DNA of 64,000 nucleotides. Origin: a virus. The notes under the pieces are model-generated. The model was given only the letters and a program-made list of their open reading frames with translations, did no database searches and was not told where the DNA came from. Numbering within the stretch: position 1 is the stretch's first letter; each line of letters starts with the position of its first letter. The translations under genes were made by a program, and so were the position numbers. Shown one piece after another: positions 11,001 to 20,256 of the stretch. The DNA lies in the IMG/VR virus record IMGVR_UViG_3300021964_000016. One strand, written 5' to 3'.

Positions 11001-12920
11001 TATGACAGAAACACCAGTTACTAGTGCGTTTCCACCTTGGTCATTGATTTCTCTTTCTGATGTGCCAGAGACAACCACTTCCTGAGTTGTTAAAGCACCA
11101 GAACTTGTGATTACACGTTCAGCGACACCAGATACAGTTTCTTCTTGAGATACTAATGTTCCGGAAGTAACCAGAACACGCTCTGCTATACCAGATACAG
11201 TTTCTTCTTGAGATACTAAAACCCCAGAACTTGTTACTATACGTTCAGAGACGCCAGAGATAACAGAAGATTGAGCAGACAAAGTTCCCGAAGGAACCAT
11301 AATTCTTTCACCAACGCCATCTACAATTACATTGTCGTCAGACTCAACGCCAGAAACAACAGAAACAATTGATCGTTCAGCGTCACCTGCGACTACGGCG
11401 ATACCAACTTCGTCAGCAGTTAGTTCTGCTTCTATTACAATCGTTTTTACAATAGATACAGATATATCTGAATTATCTGCTTTAGGTGAACCAGAAGAAT
11501 TTATGGTCCTTTCAGCAACTCCAGATACTATACTGTCTGAGGTTACTAACGAGACCGAAGAAGCGATAACACGCTCTGCTATACCAGATACGGTTACATC
11601 TTGCGATACTAAAACCCCAGAACTTGTTACTATACGTTCAGCGACACCAGATACAGTTTCTTCTTGAGATACTAATGCACCAGAACTTGTGATTACACGT
11701 TCAGCGACACCAGATACAGTTTCTTCTTGAGATACTAATGCACCAGAACTTGTGATTACACGTTCAGCGACACCAGATACAGTTTCTTCTTGAGATACTA
11801 ATGTTCCGGAAGCAACCAGAATACGCTCTGCTATACCAGATACGGTTACATTTTGAGACACTAATGTGCTAGTGCTGTTAATTACTCTTTCTGCAACACC
11901 AGATGCTATAGAATCTGTAACAACGAGAGAATTACCGCTTTGGTCGTCTATCTCTCGTTCACCAACGCCAGCAACGGATTCTTCACTCTGAAGAACACCT
12001 GAAGCAACCAACACACGTTCAGAGACACCAGAAACAACTGCTTCTTGAGAAGTTAAAGTGCCAGAAGATACCAAAGACCTTTCAGCAATGGCGGAAACAG
12101 TGGAAGATCCGGAAACAAGAGAATTGCCACCGTTATCGTCTATCTCGCGTTCTGCATTACCAGCGACAGATTCTTCACCTTGTAGGGCACCAGAAGCAAC
12201 CAATACACGTTCAGAAATACCATCTACTGTAGATGGCGAATCAACTAAAGTTCCAGTGCTATTAACGATCCGTTCGGCAACAGCAGATACAGTAGAAGAA
12301 CCAGAGGCAACAGAGTTTCCTCCTTGATCATCAATTTCTCTCTCACCAATTCCAGCAACAGATTCTTCACTTTGTATGTTACCAGAGGCAACGAGTACAC
12401 GTTCAGAAACGCCAGATACAGTTGAAGCACCTGTAGAGAGAGCATTACCACCTTGGTCGTCGATCTCTCGTTCTGCGTTACCAGCAACAGATTCTTCACC
12501 TTGAAGAGCACCAGAACCAGTAATAACACGTTCAGAAACGCCAGAAAGGTCGGAAGTTTGAGATACTAGAATACCAGTACTGACAATTATTCGTTCAGCA
12601 ACAGCAGATACAGAAGAGGAACCAGAGGCAACGTTGTTGCCGCCTTGGTCGTCGATCTCTCGTTCTGCATTACCAGCAATAGATTCTTCGCCTTGAAGAG
12701 CACCAGAAGCAACTAGGACACGTTCAGAGATACCAGAAACAGAAGAATTTTGAGACTGTAAAGAGCCAGAAGCAATTGATGCGACCAATAATGTAGCAAC
12801 ACCAGAAACGCTAGAAGATTGCGACTGTAGTTCTACGGTGAGGGTGTTTATGTCACCGATATATCCATCAGCAACATACCCGTCTACTACATATTTGTCT
12901 AGGGTGGCAGAGGAGGCCAA
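8043..12920 (-). CDS. Giant acidic Ser/Val/Gly-rich repeat protein (1625 aa, ~21-aa period), probable fibre/whisker
   Basis: TTG start; dozens of SG(V/I)(A/S)ER... and AGNAEREIDDQGGN modules; located in fibre cluster. Confidence 0.65.
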   Translation of the reverse strand: MASSATLDKYVVDGYVADGYIGDINTLTVELQSQSSSVSGVATLLVASIASGSLQSQNSSVSGISERVLVASGALQGEESIAGNAEREIDDQGGNNVASGSSSVSAVAERIIVSTGILVSQTSDLSGVSERVITGSGALQGEESVAGNAEREIDDQGGNALSTGASTVSGVSERVLVASGNIQSEESVAGIGEREIDDQGGNSVASGSSTVSAVAERIVNSTGTLVDSPSTVDGISERVLVASGALQGEESVAGNAEREIDDNGGNSLVSGSSTVSAIAERSLVSSGTLTSQEAVVSGVSERVLVASGVLQSEESVAGVGEREIDDQSGNSLVVTDSIASGVAERVINSTSTLVSQNVTVSGIAERILVASGTLVSQEETVSGVAERVITSSGALVSQEETVSGVAERVITSSGALVSQEETVSGVAERIVTSSGVLVSQDVTVSGIAERVIASSVSLVTSDSIVSGVAERTINSSGSPKADNSDISVSIVKTIVIEAELTADEVGIAVVAGDAERSIVSVVSGVESDDNVIVDGVGERIMVPSGTLSAQSSVISGVSERIVTSSGVLVSQEETVSGIAERVLVTSGTLVSQEETVSGVAERVITSSGALTTQEVVVSGTSEREINDQGGNALVTGVSVISGVAERVVDDQGGNALVSGSSTISAIAERSLVSSGTLTSQEAVVSGVSERVLVASGNIQSEESVAGNAEREIDDQGGNSLVSGTSVVSGVSERVLVASGALQGEESVAGNAEREVDDQGGNSLVSGSSTVSAIAERSLVSSGTLTSQEAVVSGVSERVLVASGVLQSEESVAGNAEREIDDQGGNSLVSGTSVVSGVSERVLVASGSLQGEESVAGNAERVVDDQGGNSLVSGTSVVSGVSERVLVASGNIQSEESVAGNAEREIDDQGGNSLIVTSSFVSGNAEREIDDQGGNSLGVTDSLVSGISGRVLVASGNIQSEESVAGNAEREIDDQGGNSVVSGDVTVSGVAERVLVASGVLISQEEVFFGISERVLVASGNIQSEESVAGNAEREIDDNEGNSIFASDSIIVGVSERTITGSGNIQSEESVAGNAEREIDDQGGNSLTVTASLVSGIAEREIDDQGGNSLTVTTSIVSGISERVLVASGNIQSEESVAGNAEREIDDNEGNSISSGDVTVSGIAERILVASGSLASQEEVVSGISERVLVASGNIQSEESVAGNAEREIDDQGGNALSVGVSTILGVAERTIVASGAVASQEAVVSGEAELTKVGRGTLVSDSSLVSGIAERVLVASGNIQSEESVAGNAERVVDDQGGNGLVSTDSLITGVSERIITGSGNIQSEESVAGNAEREIDDNEGNSIFASDSIIIGVSERIITGSGNIQSEESVAGNAEREIDDQGGNSVVSGDVTVSGISERVLVASGNIQSEESVAGNAEREIDDNGGNSVISGNVTVSGVAERVLVSSGALTSQEANLSGIAERVLVASGNIQSEESVAGNAEREIDDQGGNSVISGTSVVSGVSERVLVASGSLSVVDVQVVCAAERVISSSVVLEAGESSVTSVARRSINAVGILEAQDVSTVATVTITRNSALIPLAGSFTVQKPRTTIIKSRKDTGTIEFNSTSSYGVSSILSKKKKIVSN

Positions 12921-12954
12921 GGCGAATCCCTATTTTTTTATTATTATCCTCTAT

Positions 12955-13626
12955 TTAGGGGGTTTCAATTTCCTCGATTAGCATTTCTGACATTTTTCTA
13001 CCAGTTTCATCACAATTAAACATGAATGCCATTGTACATCTCAAAGAATTAGTACGAGCGGCATGGTACAGTAACTTATCAGGTTCATCATATGTACCAT
13101 AATATCCATACTTACATTGCCAACCTTGCACGTCTGGTATTATAATGTGTTCTTTTGTCAATGGATCTATATGCTCCCATTGCCCGTCGCCAGTTTCGGA
13201 CCAAGTAAAGATAATATTGTATCCAGGAGCATTAGCATTATTATGCCAACCTATAAACCCACCAGGAGGATAAATGGCACTCAAAGCGCGATTTCTTGCT
13301 CCAGACCAAGAACAAAGAGCAGAAACAGAATTTTCAATCTCTTCTAATATTCGGATCTTTTCTGACGCGTCATTGTATTCAAACTTTCCTACTTGAATAT
13401 CAACTCCTCTTAGCATCTCAGGATACCCATCATGCTCTCTACCTTTCCAAACAATGTGATCAAGATAATCTTTGTTCAACCAATCTTCTGCGTTTTCTTC
13501 TCTAGGAATGTTCCTAAGTTTATCCAGATCTATAGACTGTACCGTATTTGATATTGAATGTAAGATACCTTGCAAAGTTTCATTAGCGATATTTACTGGG
13601 TTCATTCCAGGTTTTAAAAAACTCAT
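12955..13626 (-). CDS. Cupin / 2OG-Fe(II)-oxygenase-like protein (223 aa)
   Basis: YPPGGFIGWHNN...LYHAART..R: HxN...H...R jelly-roll pattern. Confidence 0.5.
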   Translation of the reverse strand: MSFLKPGMNPVNIANETLQGILHSISNTVQSIDLDKLRNIPREENAEDWLNKDYLDHIVWKGREHDGYPEMLRGVDIQVGKFEYNDASEKIRILEEIENSVSALCSWSGARNRALSAIYPPGGFIGWHNNANAPGYNIIFTWSETGDGQWEHIDPLTKEHIIIPDVQGWQCKYGYYGTYDEPDKLLYHAARTNSLRCTMAFMFNCDETGRKMSEMLIEEIETP

Positions 13627-13627
13627 A

Positions 13628-14380
13628 TCAAATGATCTCTATGTCAGATATTTTTCTAGATGCTTTGGCGGATAAATGTATCAACGAAGTTCCCTCTGGC
13701 ATTGGGTGGGTGTGTCTGTTAAGGGAAGTCCAATAGTTCCACCTTAAATCTTCCTCAAAAATGCCAACCTTTAGTTCTTTGTACTTAGGTTCTTTCTCAA
13801 CCAACCACCAAAGAGTGAACTGATCCCAGCATGCTAGTTCTCTGGGGTAATTTTCGGTGTCCCAAGTAACCCCATCTTCTTTGGTCGGCCACCATTTATT
13901 AGCATGTTGTTTGACGTATAATTCGTACCAATCTTTCATAAACTCCATGATAATGTCAGTTTTTTTATACAAACAAACAGCACCGCAAAGAGTGAAAGTT
14001 CCTCCAGGAAATTCCGTGTCCATAAATATATGCCATCTATCTCTAGGCAACCCTGTGAACACCATATCATTATCACCAAGTTCTTCAAAAACATTGGCAA
14101 TATTTTCACTGATACATGTCATATCGGCGTCGATATAAAAAGTGTTATCATAGGGGGTTTGTGACATACCCCAGAGTTTTGCCCTGTAGTGGTTATCGCA
14201 AATAATTAAATGATCTGCTTCCTCTGCCCTAGAGTCTAAGAACCTCTCTTCGGTAACAAGACAAATGTTTGCTTCTGGGTAATAATCTTTTATATCAGAA
14301 ATAAGATTGGTTGCCCAAGAATAATATATTGGTTCGTTTGACGCAACGATCAGATATCCATTATTTTGATTCGGTTTCAT
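13628..14380 (-). CDS. GT-A fold glycosyltransferase (GT8-like, 250 aa)
   Basis: TPYDNTFYIDAD DxD motif, WDQ motif, 'RWNY...IH' C-terminal pattern. Confidence 0.75.
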   Translation of the reverse strand: MKPNQNNGYLIVASNEPIYYSWATNLISDIKDYYPEANICLVTEERFLDSRAEEADHLIICDNHYRAKLWGMSQTPYDNTFYIDADMTCISENIANVFEELGDNDMVFTGLPRDRWHIFMDTEFPGGTFTLCGAVCLYKKTDIIMEFMKDWYELYVKQHANKWWPTKEDGVTWDTENYPRELACWDQFTLWWLVEKEPKYKELKVGIFEEDLRWNYWTSLNRHTHPMPEGTSLIHLSAKASRKISDIEII

Positions 14381-14852
14381 TCAAAGCAAATCCAATACCA
14401 AGTTCTTCCATCATAATAAGTTGAGCATATATGTTCAACTCTACTATATTTTTAGATCTGCGCATTTTACTTTTCAGATCTTTATTTTTGGTATTTTTTA
14501 TTTCGTCAATTTCGAGCATTTTTATTTTAGCATCGAAGAGTTTTTCAAGTTCTCTTGCTTGATCTTCTGCCTTTCTACGATGATGCTCTTCGTCTTTCTC
14601 TTGCGCTTTGCGCTCTCTTCGCTCTTTTGTGTTTTGATCGATCTTTTCTTCGCCGACCTGATCAAGAAGTTCTTCGTAATCTGGATTTGGGTCTCCATCT
14701 ACATCAAACTTCCTCACAGTCAAGACCTGAGAAATTTCTCTACCTTGCGTATCTGTGATCACGAGAATTGCTTCAGCTCGATCTTTACTCTCATCGTGCC
14801 AAAAAGCATTGTCTAACCATTTTCTACTGCTATATGCCATAATATTCTCCAA
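14361..14852 (-). CDS. Hypothetical protein, possible fibre assembly chaperone (163 aa or ~158 aa from MAYSS)
   Basis: Charged coiled-coil; directly downstream of two fibre paralogues. Confidence 0.5.
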   Translation of the reverse strand: MENIMAYSSRKWLDNAFWHDESKDRAEAILVITDTQGREISQVLTVRKFDVDGDPNPDYEELLDQVGEEKIDQNTKERRERKAQEKDEEHHRRKAEDQARELEKLFDAKIKMLEIDEIKNTKNKDLKSKMRRSKNIVELNIYAQLIMMEELGIGFALNETESK

Positions 14853-14886
14853 GTGTTGACATAATTTATTTCGATTTTATATATAG

Positions 14887-17322
14887 TTAAGTTTCAGACA
14901 CCCTACAATATAGAGTGTATGTTTCTATCGTCTCAGTTGCAGCAACAAGGGTCTGTCCTGCAAACTGAGAAGAATAAGTATCTGAATAGTTTCTAGAACC
15001 AGAATATCCGATTGCCGAGATAAAAGTCCTTTGTCCAGTATATTGAGCAGAATAGTTACGGGAACCATCATATTGCCCAACTACTGATGCATAGTTTCTA
15101 GAACCACCGTATTGATCAACCACAGATGCATAGGTTCTAGAACCACTATAGGCACCAGAATACGTTCTTGAACCAGAATAAGCAGAAGAATAGTTTCTAG
15201 AACCAGCAAAATCTTGTGCAACTACTCTGGTTCCAGCATATTGGGCAGAATAGTTTCTAGAACCAGCAAAATCTTGTGCAACTACTCTGGTTCCAGCATA
15301 TTGGGCAGAGTAGTTTCTAGTTCCATCATACTGCCCTGTTACAGAAGCATAGTTTCTAGAACCAGAATAAGCAGCAGCATAGTTTCTAGAACCACCATAT
15401 TGACCAACTACTGATGCATAATTTCTAGAACCGTCAAAGTTCGCTGGGTTATTTCCAGTAAAGTTTCCTGGAGTCACCACAACCAGAGGACCCAAACGTT
15501 CGCCTGCGTAGGTACCAGCATAGTTGCGAGAACCAGCAAAATTATTAGGTCTGACGCCCTGAAAGGATCTTCCGCCCAAGAAATTTTCTACTCTAACCAC
15601 CGTTGCGTCGAAAGTGCCTGGTTCTGCGGGTCCCGCTACTGGCACGACTCTCGTACCAGCGAAGTTCGCAGGACCAGAAAAGTTTGCTGGGCCAACTCCG
15701 TCGTATTTTCTTACACCAGAAAAGTTATCTACGCTGACAGATGGGTTCTTGCCACCACTATCAAATGTCACTGAAAAGTTTGCGTTATATCCTCTGGTAA
15801 AAGATCTAGATCCAAGATAATTTGTAACACCAGCGAAATTTTGCGGAACTACTCTTGTTCCCGCGAAGTTCCTAACACCCGCATAGCTTCCTGTATAAGA
15901 AACGCTGTATTGGACGTTTGGTGATATAAAATTTTGTACAATTGTGCCTGCAAAGTTGGCAGTATAATTTCTGCTTCCGCCAAAGTTATTTGCATAATAG
16001 GTAAGTACGACATTTTCTCTTGTCCCAGCATACACCGCAGGACGGGTACCAGCATATGAAGCAGCATAGTTACGGGAACCACCGTAAACTCCAGCATAGT
16101 TTCTGGAACCACCATATTGTCCAACTACTGATGCATAGTTTCTTGAACCAGAATAAGCAGCAGGTCCGTAATTACGAGAACCAGCAAAATCTTGTGCAAC
16201 TGTTCTGTCTCCAGCATATTGAGCAGAATAGTTTCTAGAACCAGCGAAATCTTGTGCAACTGTTCTGTCTCCAGCATATTGAGCAGAATAGTTACGAGAA
16301 CCATCATATTGTCCAACTACTGATGCATAGTTTCTGGAACCGCCATATTGTCCAACTACTGACGAATAGGTTCTTGAACCAGAATAAGCACCAGAATAGG
16401 TTCTGGAACCAGAATAAGCAGAAGAGTAGTTTCTAGAACCAGCAAAATCTTGTTCAACTACTCTGCTTCCAGCATATGAAGCAGCATAGTTTCTTGAACC
16501 AGCGAAGTCCCCAGTATACTGTTGTTCTGATAAAGTGTTTCTTGTATCAAGTGCTGTACCGCGAGCGACCCAAGTACCAGTCTCTCCATTACCAGTAGGA
16601 GTTTGAGAGGAAGGTAGTAATAAATAATCGCCAACACCAGAATGTTTTCTGGCATACAAAACAGATTGCCTTAGAGAAATCTTTTGATCCGAGTCAGTAA
16701 ACTCTTGAACTGCCATCGGAGAAGTAGATTTAATTTCTATAATATTATATGTTGGTGAAGAAGGTTCAACCGCTGTTTCCCTTCTCCAAATACTATAGGT
16801 ATTTGCTGTTCCGTTTGTTAATGTATCAGAAAATACATCAGAGTCCCATTTTTTCCAGTCTCCACTAGGCGCAGAAGTTGCAACTCTGAAAGAAAGTCCT
16901 GGATATTCGTTAGAGTGTAGTTCCTCTGCTACTCTGGTTGACCATCGTAGGAAAGCAACATTGCTCATTTGGTGTAAGTTACCAGAACTGTCTGCTGCTA
17001 TTGGAAGGTCGTTATAAGGAATGGCAGCAGAGTCATCTAACTGATATATTGTAGTTGTGGTAGAACCAGTAGACAAAGCACTAGCAGGATGAGTCCCTAT
17101 TGCTTCGTTATAAAATGTATCAGTGAAACTACCAATGCTGGTAGAGGAAGTTGCATTAGCAGCAACAGAACCATTATATCGACTTGACTTATTGGCGAAA
17201 GATTCAACTACCTTTATACCTGCCTGATACCCAAACCATTCTTCAGAAGCAACAGAAATCCCCTGAAAGTCTCCAGAGTCGTTTTTCAGAGCCAATGGTA
17301 TGGATTTGAAAAAGGCAGACAT
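14887..17322 (-). CDS. GSRNY-repeat fibre protein A (811 aa)
   Basis: Globular N-domain, long (F/Y)xGxRNY repeat region, C-terminal ETYTLYCRVSET. Confidence 0.7.
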   Translation of the reverse strand: MSAFFKSIPLALKNDSGDFQGISVASEEWFGYQAGIKVVESFANKSSRYNGSVAANATSSTSIGSFTDTFYNEAIGTHPASALSTGSTTTTIYQLDDSAAIPYNDLPIAADSSGNLHQMSNVAFLRWSTRVAEELHSNEYPGLSFRVATSAPSGDWKKWDSDVFSDTLTNGTANTYSIWRRETAVEPSSPTYNIIEIKSTSPMAVQEFTDSDQKISLRQSVLYARKHSGVGDYLLLPSSQTPTGNGETGTWVARGTALDTRNTLSEQQYTGDFAGSRNYAASYAGSRVVEQDFAGSRNYSSAYSGSRTYSGAYSGSRTYSSVVGQYGGSRNYASVVGQYDGSRNYSAQYAGDRTVAQDFAGSRNYSAQYAGDRTVAQDFAGSRNYGPAAYSGSRNYASVVGQYGGSRNYAGVYGGSRNYAASYAGTRPAVYAGTRENVVLTYYANNFGGSRNYTANFAGTIVQNFISPNVQYSVSYTGSYAGVRNFAGTRVVPQNFAGVTNYLGSRSFTRGYNANFSVTFDSGGKNPSVSVDNFSGVRKYDGVGPANFSGPANFAGTRVVPVAGPAEPGTFDATVVRVENFLGGRSFQGVRPNNFAGSRNYAGTYAGERLGPLVVVTPGNFTGNNPANFDGSRNYASVVGQYGGSRNYAAAYSGSRNYASVTGQYDGTRNYSAQYAGTRVVAQDFAGSRNYSAQYAGTRVVAQDFAGSRNYSSAYSGSRTYSGAYSGSRTYASVVDQYGGSRNYASVVGQYDGSRNYSAQYTGQRTFISAIGYSGSRNYSDTYSSQFAGQTLVAATETIETYTLYCRVSET

Positions 17323-17324
17323 GA

Positions 17325-19568
17325 TTAAGTTTCAGAAACTCGGCAATATAGTGTATATGTATGTATAGTTTCTGCGGTAGAGGTTAAAGTTTCGCCCGCA
17401 AATTGACTAGAAAAAGAACCTGTATATTGCCCTGTGAATTGAGTGTTATATACTCCAGAATATTGTCCTGTAAAGTTTTTTATCCTTACGCCAGCAAAGT
17501 TTCCAGGCAGAGGTCCCAAGAATTCTCCTTCATAATTTCTGACCCCAGCATAAGAACCAGAATAGGTTCTGGAACCAGAATAAGCAGCAGAATAGTTTCT
17601 AGAACCAGAGAATTGTTGTACAGCAGGTCTTTGTCCGGAAAAGGTTTGGTCTTTTTGTCTTGAACCAGCATAATTCGCAGAATAGTTTCTTGCTCCACCG
17701 TATTGTCCAACTACTGATGCATAATTTCTAGAACCGCCATATTGCGCAGAATAAGTTCTTGAACCAGAATAATCAGCAGAAAAGTTTCTAGAACCAGCGA
17801 AAGTTCCAGGAATCGTGACCAGTTCCTGTCGAGAACCTGCAAACTGGAATGGCCCGCCAGTGAACTGTGCAGATCTTGTTCCTGTGTACTGTAATACTCG
17901 GACTCCAGCAAACTGTTGGGGGTAGGCAGGGTTTGTTCTTTGTCCTGAAAATACACCAGGAACTGGTTCTAGATCAAAAACATCAACCGTTCTTTGCCCT
18001 GCGTATTGTTTGGGAGCAACACCATCATATTTAACAATGGACGAGCTGTAGTTTACAACTCTTTCTGGTTCAACTGGTGGTCCAACTACATCAACACCAA
18101 CAAAGTAATCTGTATATCCTCTGGTAAAAGAATCTTCACCAGTAAAGTTCGTAGGTCCTACAGTCCTTGTCCCAGCAAAGGGGAATTGACGACTTCCTGC
18201 GAATTGTCCTGTGAACTGTATAGATCTAGTTCCTTCAAACTGAGCAGAAATAAATTGAGTATTGGTGACCTCCCTAGTTCCTGTAAACTGTCGATCACCA
18301 TTAAAGTTTCCTGGATTGGCCACCCAAGTCTGTCTACCACCAGTATATTGGAAGGTGTAATTTCTGGAACCGCCATACTGTCCAACTACTGATGCATAGT
18401 TTCTGGAACCGCCATATTGCGCAGCATAGTTTCTTGAACCACTGTAAGCACCAGAATAGTTTCTGGAACCAGAATATCCGATTGCCGAGATAAAAGTCCT
18501 TTGTCCAATAAATTGCGCAGGAATTTGCCTAACCCCTTCGTATTGAGAAGCATAGTTCCTTGATCCATCGTATTGTCCAACTACGGATGCGTAGTTTCTG
18601 GAACCGCCAAAAGAACTACTATAACCCCTCACTCCTGTGAAATTTACTGTCCTAACCCCAGAATAATCCGCAGAGAACGGGGCAACAGAAAATCCTGTAT
18701 ACTGCCCAGTAAAATTACCAGTATACTGCCCTGTGAATTGAGTTGTAAATGTGCCCAAATACTGTAGAATTTGTGTGGTGTTTCTAGTATCCAACGCAAC
18801 ACCACGAGCAACCCAAGTACCAGTGTATCCTTGATCTGCTGGAGTTCCGTCAGAATCAGAAAGTAAAAGGTAATCGCCAAGACCAGAATTTTGCTCAGCA
18901 TGACGCATAGCAAAATATGCAGAACGAATAGCATTGGTGTCAGACATTTCCTTAATGTGGTGTTGGTCAGAATCCTTTAACTGTAATGTATAAAAGGTTG
19001 GAGGAGAGAACGGACCAGTAGTAGATCTTTTTCTGTATAGATTATACGCTGTCGAACCGTTAGTTAAAGTGTCTTCAAACACCGAGGACTTATAAGTTTC
19101 ATAAGTTCCACCAGGACTACTCCCACTCAACCTAAAGCAACCTCCATCTTCGTTAGACAGAGCATTACTCAGTAGTCTCTTCCCCCAGCGTAAAAACGAG
19201 TCCGAATCCATCTCATAAATGTCGCCGCTAGAGTCAGCAGCAACTGTTCGATGCCATTCAGCAAAAGCATCTACAGAATCACCTTTATTTTGATAAAGAG
19301 TAGTTGTGGTAGAACCTGTAGAGAGAGAACTTCCAGGGTGAGTGCCAACTGCTTCGTTATAAAACGTATCAGTATAAGTGCCTATGGAGGAATTAGTTGC
19401 ATCTGTAGAAAGGGCACCATAATATGCAGAATCTCCAACCGGAAATTCTGTTGGTATTAATAGAGAACCTTGTTGCCCATAATAACTTTCTTGCGAAGAA
19501 GGGATGGCATTCATGGCACCACCGCCTAATGAAGAAAGTGTTAGCGGTATAGATTTTACTAACGACAT
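17325..19568 (-). CDS. GSRNY-repeat fibre protein B (747 aa), paralogue of 14887-17322
   Basis: Shared KSIPL, DTFYNEA.GTHP, GTWVARG.ALDTRNT and TYTLYCRVSET motifs. Confidence 0.7.
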   Translation of the reverse strand: MSLVKSIPLTLSSLGGGAMNAIPSSQESYYGQQGSLLIPTEFPVGDSAYYGALSTDATNSSIGTYTDTFYNEAVGTHPGSSLSTGSTTTTLYQNKGDSVDAFAEWHRTVAADSSGDIYEMDSDSFLRWGKRLLSNALSNEDGGCFRLSGSSPGGTYETYKSSVFEDTLTNGSTAYNLYRKRSTTGPFSPPTFYTLQLKDSDQHHIKEMSDTNAIRSAYFAMRHAEQNSGLGDYLLLSDSDGTPADQGYTGTWVARGVALDTRNTTQILQYLGTFTTQFTGQYTGNFTGQYTGFSVAPFSADYSGVRTVNFTGVRGYSSSFGGSRNYASVVGQYDGSRNYASQYEGVRQIPAQFIGQRTFISAIGYSGSRNYSGAYSGSRNYAAQYGGSRNYASVVGQYGGSRNYTFQYTGGRQTWVANPGNFNGDRQFTGTREVTNTQFISAQFEGTRSIQFTGQFAGSRQFPFAGTRTVGPTNFTGEDSFTRGYTDYFVGVDVVGPPVEPERVVNYSSSIVKYDGVAPKQYAGQRTVDVFDLEPVPGVFSGQRTNPAYPQQFAGVRVLQYTGTRSAQFTGGPFQFAGSRQELVTIPGTFAGSRNFSADYSGSRTYSAQYGGSRNYASVVGQYGGARNYSANYAGSRQKDQTFSGQRPAVQQFSGSRNYSAAYSGSRTYSGSYAGVRNYEGEFLGPLPGNFAGVRIKNFTGQYSGVYNTQFTGQYTGSFSSQFAGETLTSTAETIHTYTLYCRVSET

Positions 19569-19581
19569 TATGAAACCTTAA

Positions 19582-20256
19582 TTATGGGTTTAGCAACACA
19601 GAACTTCTATTGTATACGTTTGGTATCCTAGCATTTACCTCGTCAATAGCACCATGAACAGTATTGGCAGAAATCTCGCTGGCGGTTATGCTTCCTGTGC
19701 CACTAGATGGAAGGGTGATGCTACCACCGACTGTCACATTACCACTATCAAATGTCATCGCAGTAACAATGCCCGATTTAATTAAAACGTTGCCTGAGTT
19801 GTTAGTCAGAGAACCCCATTCCACAGCGTTGTCTTTAAGGACAATACTGCCTCCATTAGCATCAAGATTTACATTACCTTCAGCATTCAGTATAATTTCA
19901 TTAGCAATGACCTCAAAGTCATCTGAACCTGCAGTAATATTTTTTGCAGATGCATCGAATACTGCTTCAATCTCGTTGATTGCGCCAACAACCGTCTTTG
20001 CTTGTGTGGTTAGATCAGCACCAGAACCACCACCAGATCCGTGTAAGTCTGAATCGAGTTCGTTTAATGCATCTACCAGAGTTCCAGCAGTAAAATCGTC
20101 AAGACCACGAAGAGTTTTATTGCCTCCTGGACCTATTGCTGAATCGAGATAACTTAGATCTGAATCGACATTATCGCCATAGTAATTCAGGTCTTGAATT
20201 AACTGCTGGAAAGTGTCAGTAGTTTGAAAAAGTGGGTGTGCGCTATCAAATGCCAT
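19582..20256 (-). CDS. Fibritin/whisker-like virion protein (224 aa)
   Basis: Repeated TLVDALNEL / TVVGAINEI / TVHGAIDEV segments; N-terminal TDTFQQL anchor. Confidence 0.55.
   Translation of the reverse strand: MAFDSAHPLFQTTDTFQQLIQDLNYYGDNVDSDLSYLDSAIGPGGNKTLRGLDDFTAGTLVDALNELDSDLHGSGGGSGADLTTQAKTVVGAINEIEAVFDASAKNITAGSDDFEVIANEIILNAEGNVNLDANGGSIVLKDNAVEWGSLTNNSGNVLIKSGIVTAMTFDSGNVTVGGSITLPSSGTGSITASEISANTVHGAIDEVNARIPNVYNRSSVLLNP

Noticed and set aside
8170-12529. Many plus-strand and alternate-frame ORFs over the repeat protein (and similar shadows throughout the window)
   Set aside because: Antisense or frame shadows of repetitive coding DNA; no SDs; opposite to operon direction
14950-18780. 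Short DNA repeats (atagtttctagaacc...) that could resemble a CRISPR array
   Set aside because: In-frame, vary at synonymous positions, irregular spacing, no unique spacers or cas genes
14887-19568. Diversity-generating retroelement TR/VR pair in fibre genes
   Set aside because: No reverse transcriptase in window; shared blocks are internal coding repeats with no evident adenine-specific differences
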